Notes under the pieces: generated by a model | What the model was told of the DNA's origin: nothing | The model's database searches: none | What the model saw: the letters and a program-made list of their open reading frames with translations, nothing else | In this document: one piece after another, positions 56,098-56,801 of the stretch | Layout: each line of letters opens with the position of its first letter | Numbering within the stretch: the first letter of the stretch is position 1 | Assembly: GCA_039815185.1 (NCBI GenBank) | Contig: JBCBZT010000048.1 | Coordinates: 1-56,801 of the forward strand | Direction: 5' to 3' | Origin: Cyanobacteria bacterium P01_A01_bin.123 | Lineage (GTDB): Bacteria > Cyanobacteriota > Cyanobacteriia > Phormidesmidales > Phormidesmidaceae | DNA: 56,801 nt | Position numbers and translations under genes: made by a program

Positions 56098-56801
56098 CTA
56101 GAATTGGTTTCGCTTCAAGAAATCACGCATCTTCTCAATGACCTGCGGGGCATTTTCTTCCAGCACAAAGTGCCCGGTATCGAACAGGTGGAAGTCAATG
56201 TCGTCGAGGTGCTTTCGATAAGCTTCAGCACCCGCAGCCACGAAAATCGGGTCGTTTGCGCCCCAGGCAATTAATGTTGGTGGCTGGTGCTCGCGAAGAA
56301 ACGTGTGCCACTGCGGGTAAAGCTTGACGTTGTTTTGGTAGTCGTAAAATAAATCCAACTGCACTTGCTGCTGACCAGGTCGATCAATTCGGGCGAAGTC
56401 GAGAACCCAGTTGTCCGGGTTAATGCCCTCGGGGTTCCGCGTGCCTTCGATGTACATCCATTTGATGCCTTCGAGACTCATGAGCTGGCCGACGATCATG
56501 GTTTCGTTTTCAGCAGTGCGGTTTTCCCAGTAATCGCTAACCGGCGCTGAGTTCTCTGGATGGAAACCCTCTTCATAGGCATTACCGTTCATCACGATCA
56601 GGCCCTTGACTCGGTCGGGGTATTTCGTTGCTAGCCGATAACCAACCGGTGCTCCGTAGTCCTGCATCACTAGCACAAACTCCGTAATGCCTTTTTGCTC
56701 AAGGAATTGGTCGATCGTTGTGGCCAGATTGTCGAACGTGTATTGGTAATCCTTGGAATCTGGAAAGTCACTGTTGCCAAAGCCTGGATAGTCGGGAGCG
56801 A
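56098..56801 (-). CDS. alpha/beta hydrolase (5' end beyond window)
   Basis: APDYPGFGNS at window edge, QDYGAPVG nucleophile motif, WG.ND, TGHF.LE. Confidence 0.88.
   Translation of the reverse strand, partial: APDYPGFGNSDFPDSKDYQYTFDNLATTIDQFLEQKGITEFVLVMQDYGAPVGYRLATKYPDRVKGLIVMNGNAYEEGFHPENSAPVSDYWENRTAENETMIVGQLMSLEGIKWMYIEGTRNPEGINPDNWVLDFARIDRPGQQQVQLDLFYDYQNNVKLYPQWHTFLREHQPPTLIAWGANDPIFVAAGAEAYRKHLDDIDFHLFDTGHFVLEENAPQVIEKMRDFLKRNQF

Overview
Cyanobacterial chromosome window: the HIP1 octamer GCGATCGC is abundant, and the gene content includes isiA, hpsP, Tic22 and a double-domain cobO. Positions 1-21 kb are mostly ordinary housekeeping genes (MATE, azoreductase, NUDIX, cobO, isiA, menI, M23 peptidase, birA, holB, tmk, FHA, hpsP, amidohydrolase). 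Positions 21-57 kb are accessory. (i) Two paralogous ~1500-aa proteins have the domain order HTH / NB-ARC / WD40 / C-terminal SARP (wHTH+BTAD). Each is divergent from a different operon, and the two intergenic regions share a 55-bp promoter/operator block. The second operon includes a secreted pentapeptide-like repeat protein and a secreted ADYC-motif protein. (ii) A complete lasso peptide cluster lies at 37.5-45.5 kb. Its 48-aa precursor (40417-40563) is missing from the ORF track and has a predicted Gln1 core. Tailoring genes encode an HPr-like kinase, a nucleotidyltransferase and a methyltransferase. The cluster lacks HIP1, carries long perfect palindromes and sits between two Tic22 paralogs. 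(iii) Small redox/detox cassettes (TetR-SDR-cupin, AraC-SDR-DUF1772) have visible operators, and two truncated genes are present. All calls come from reading motifs by eye; no database searches were run.
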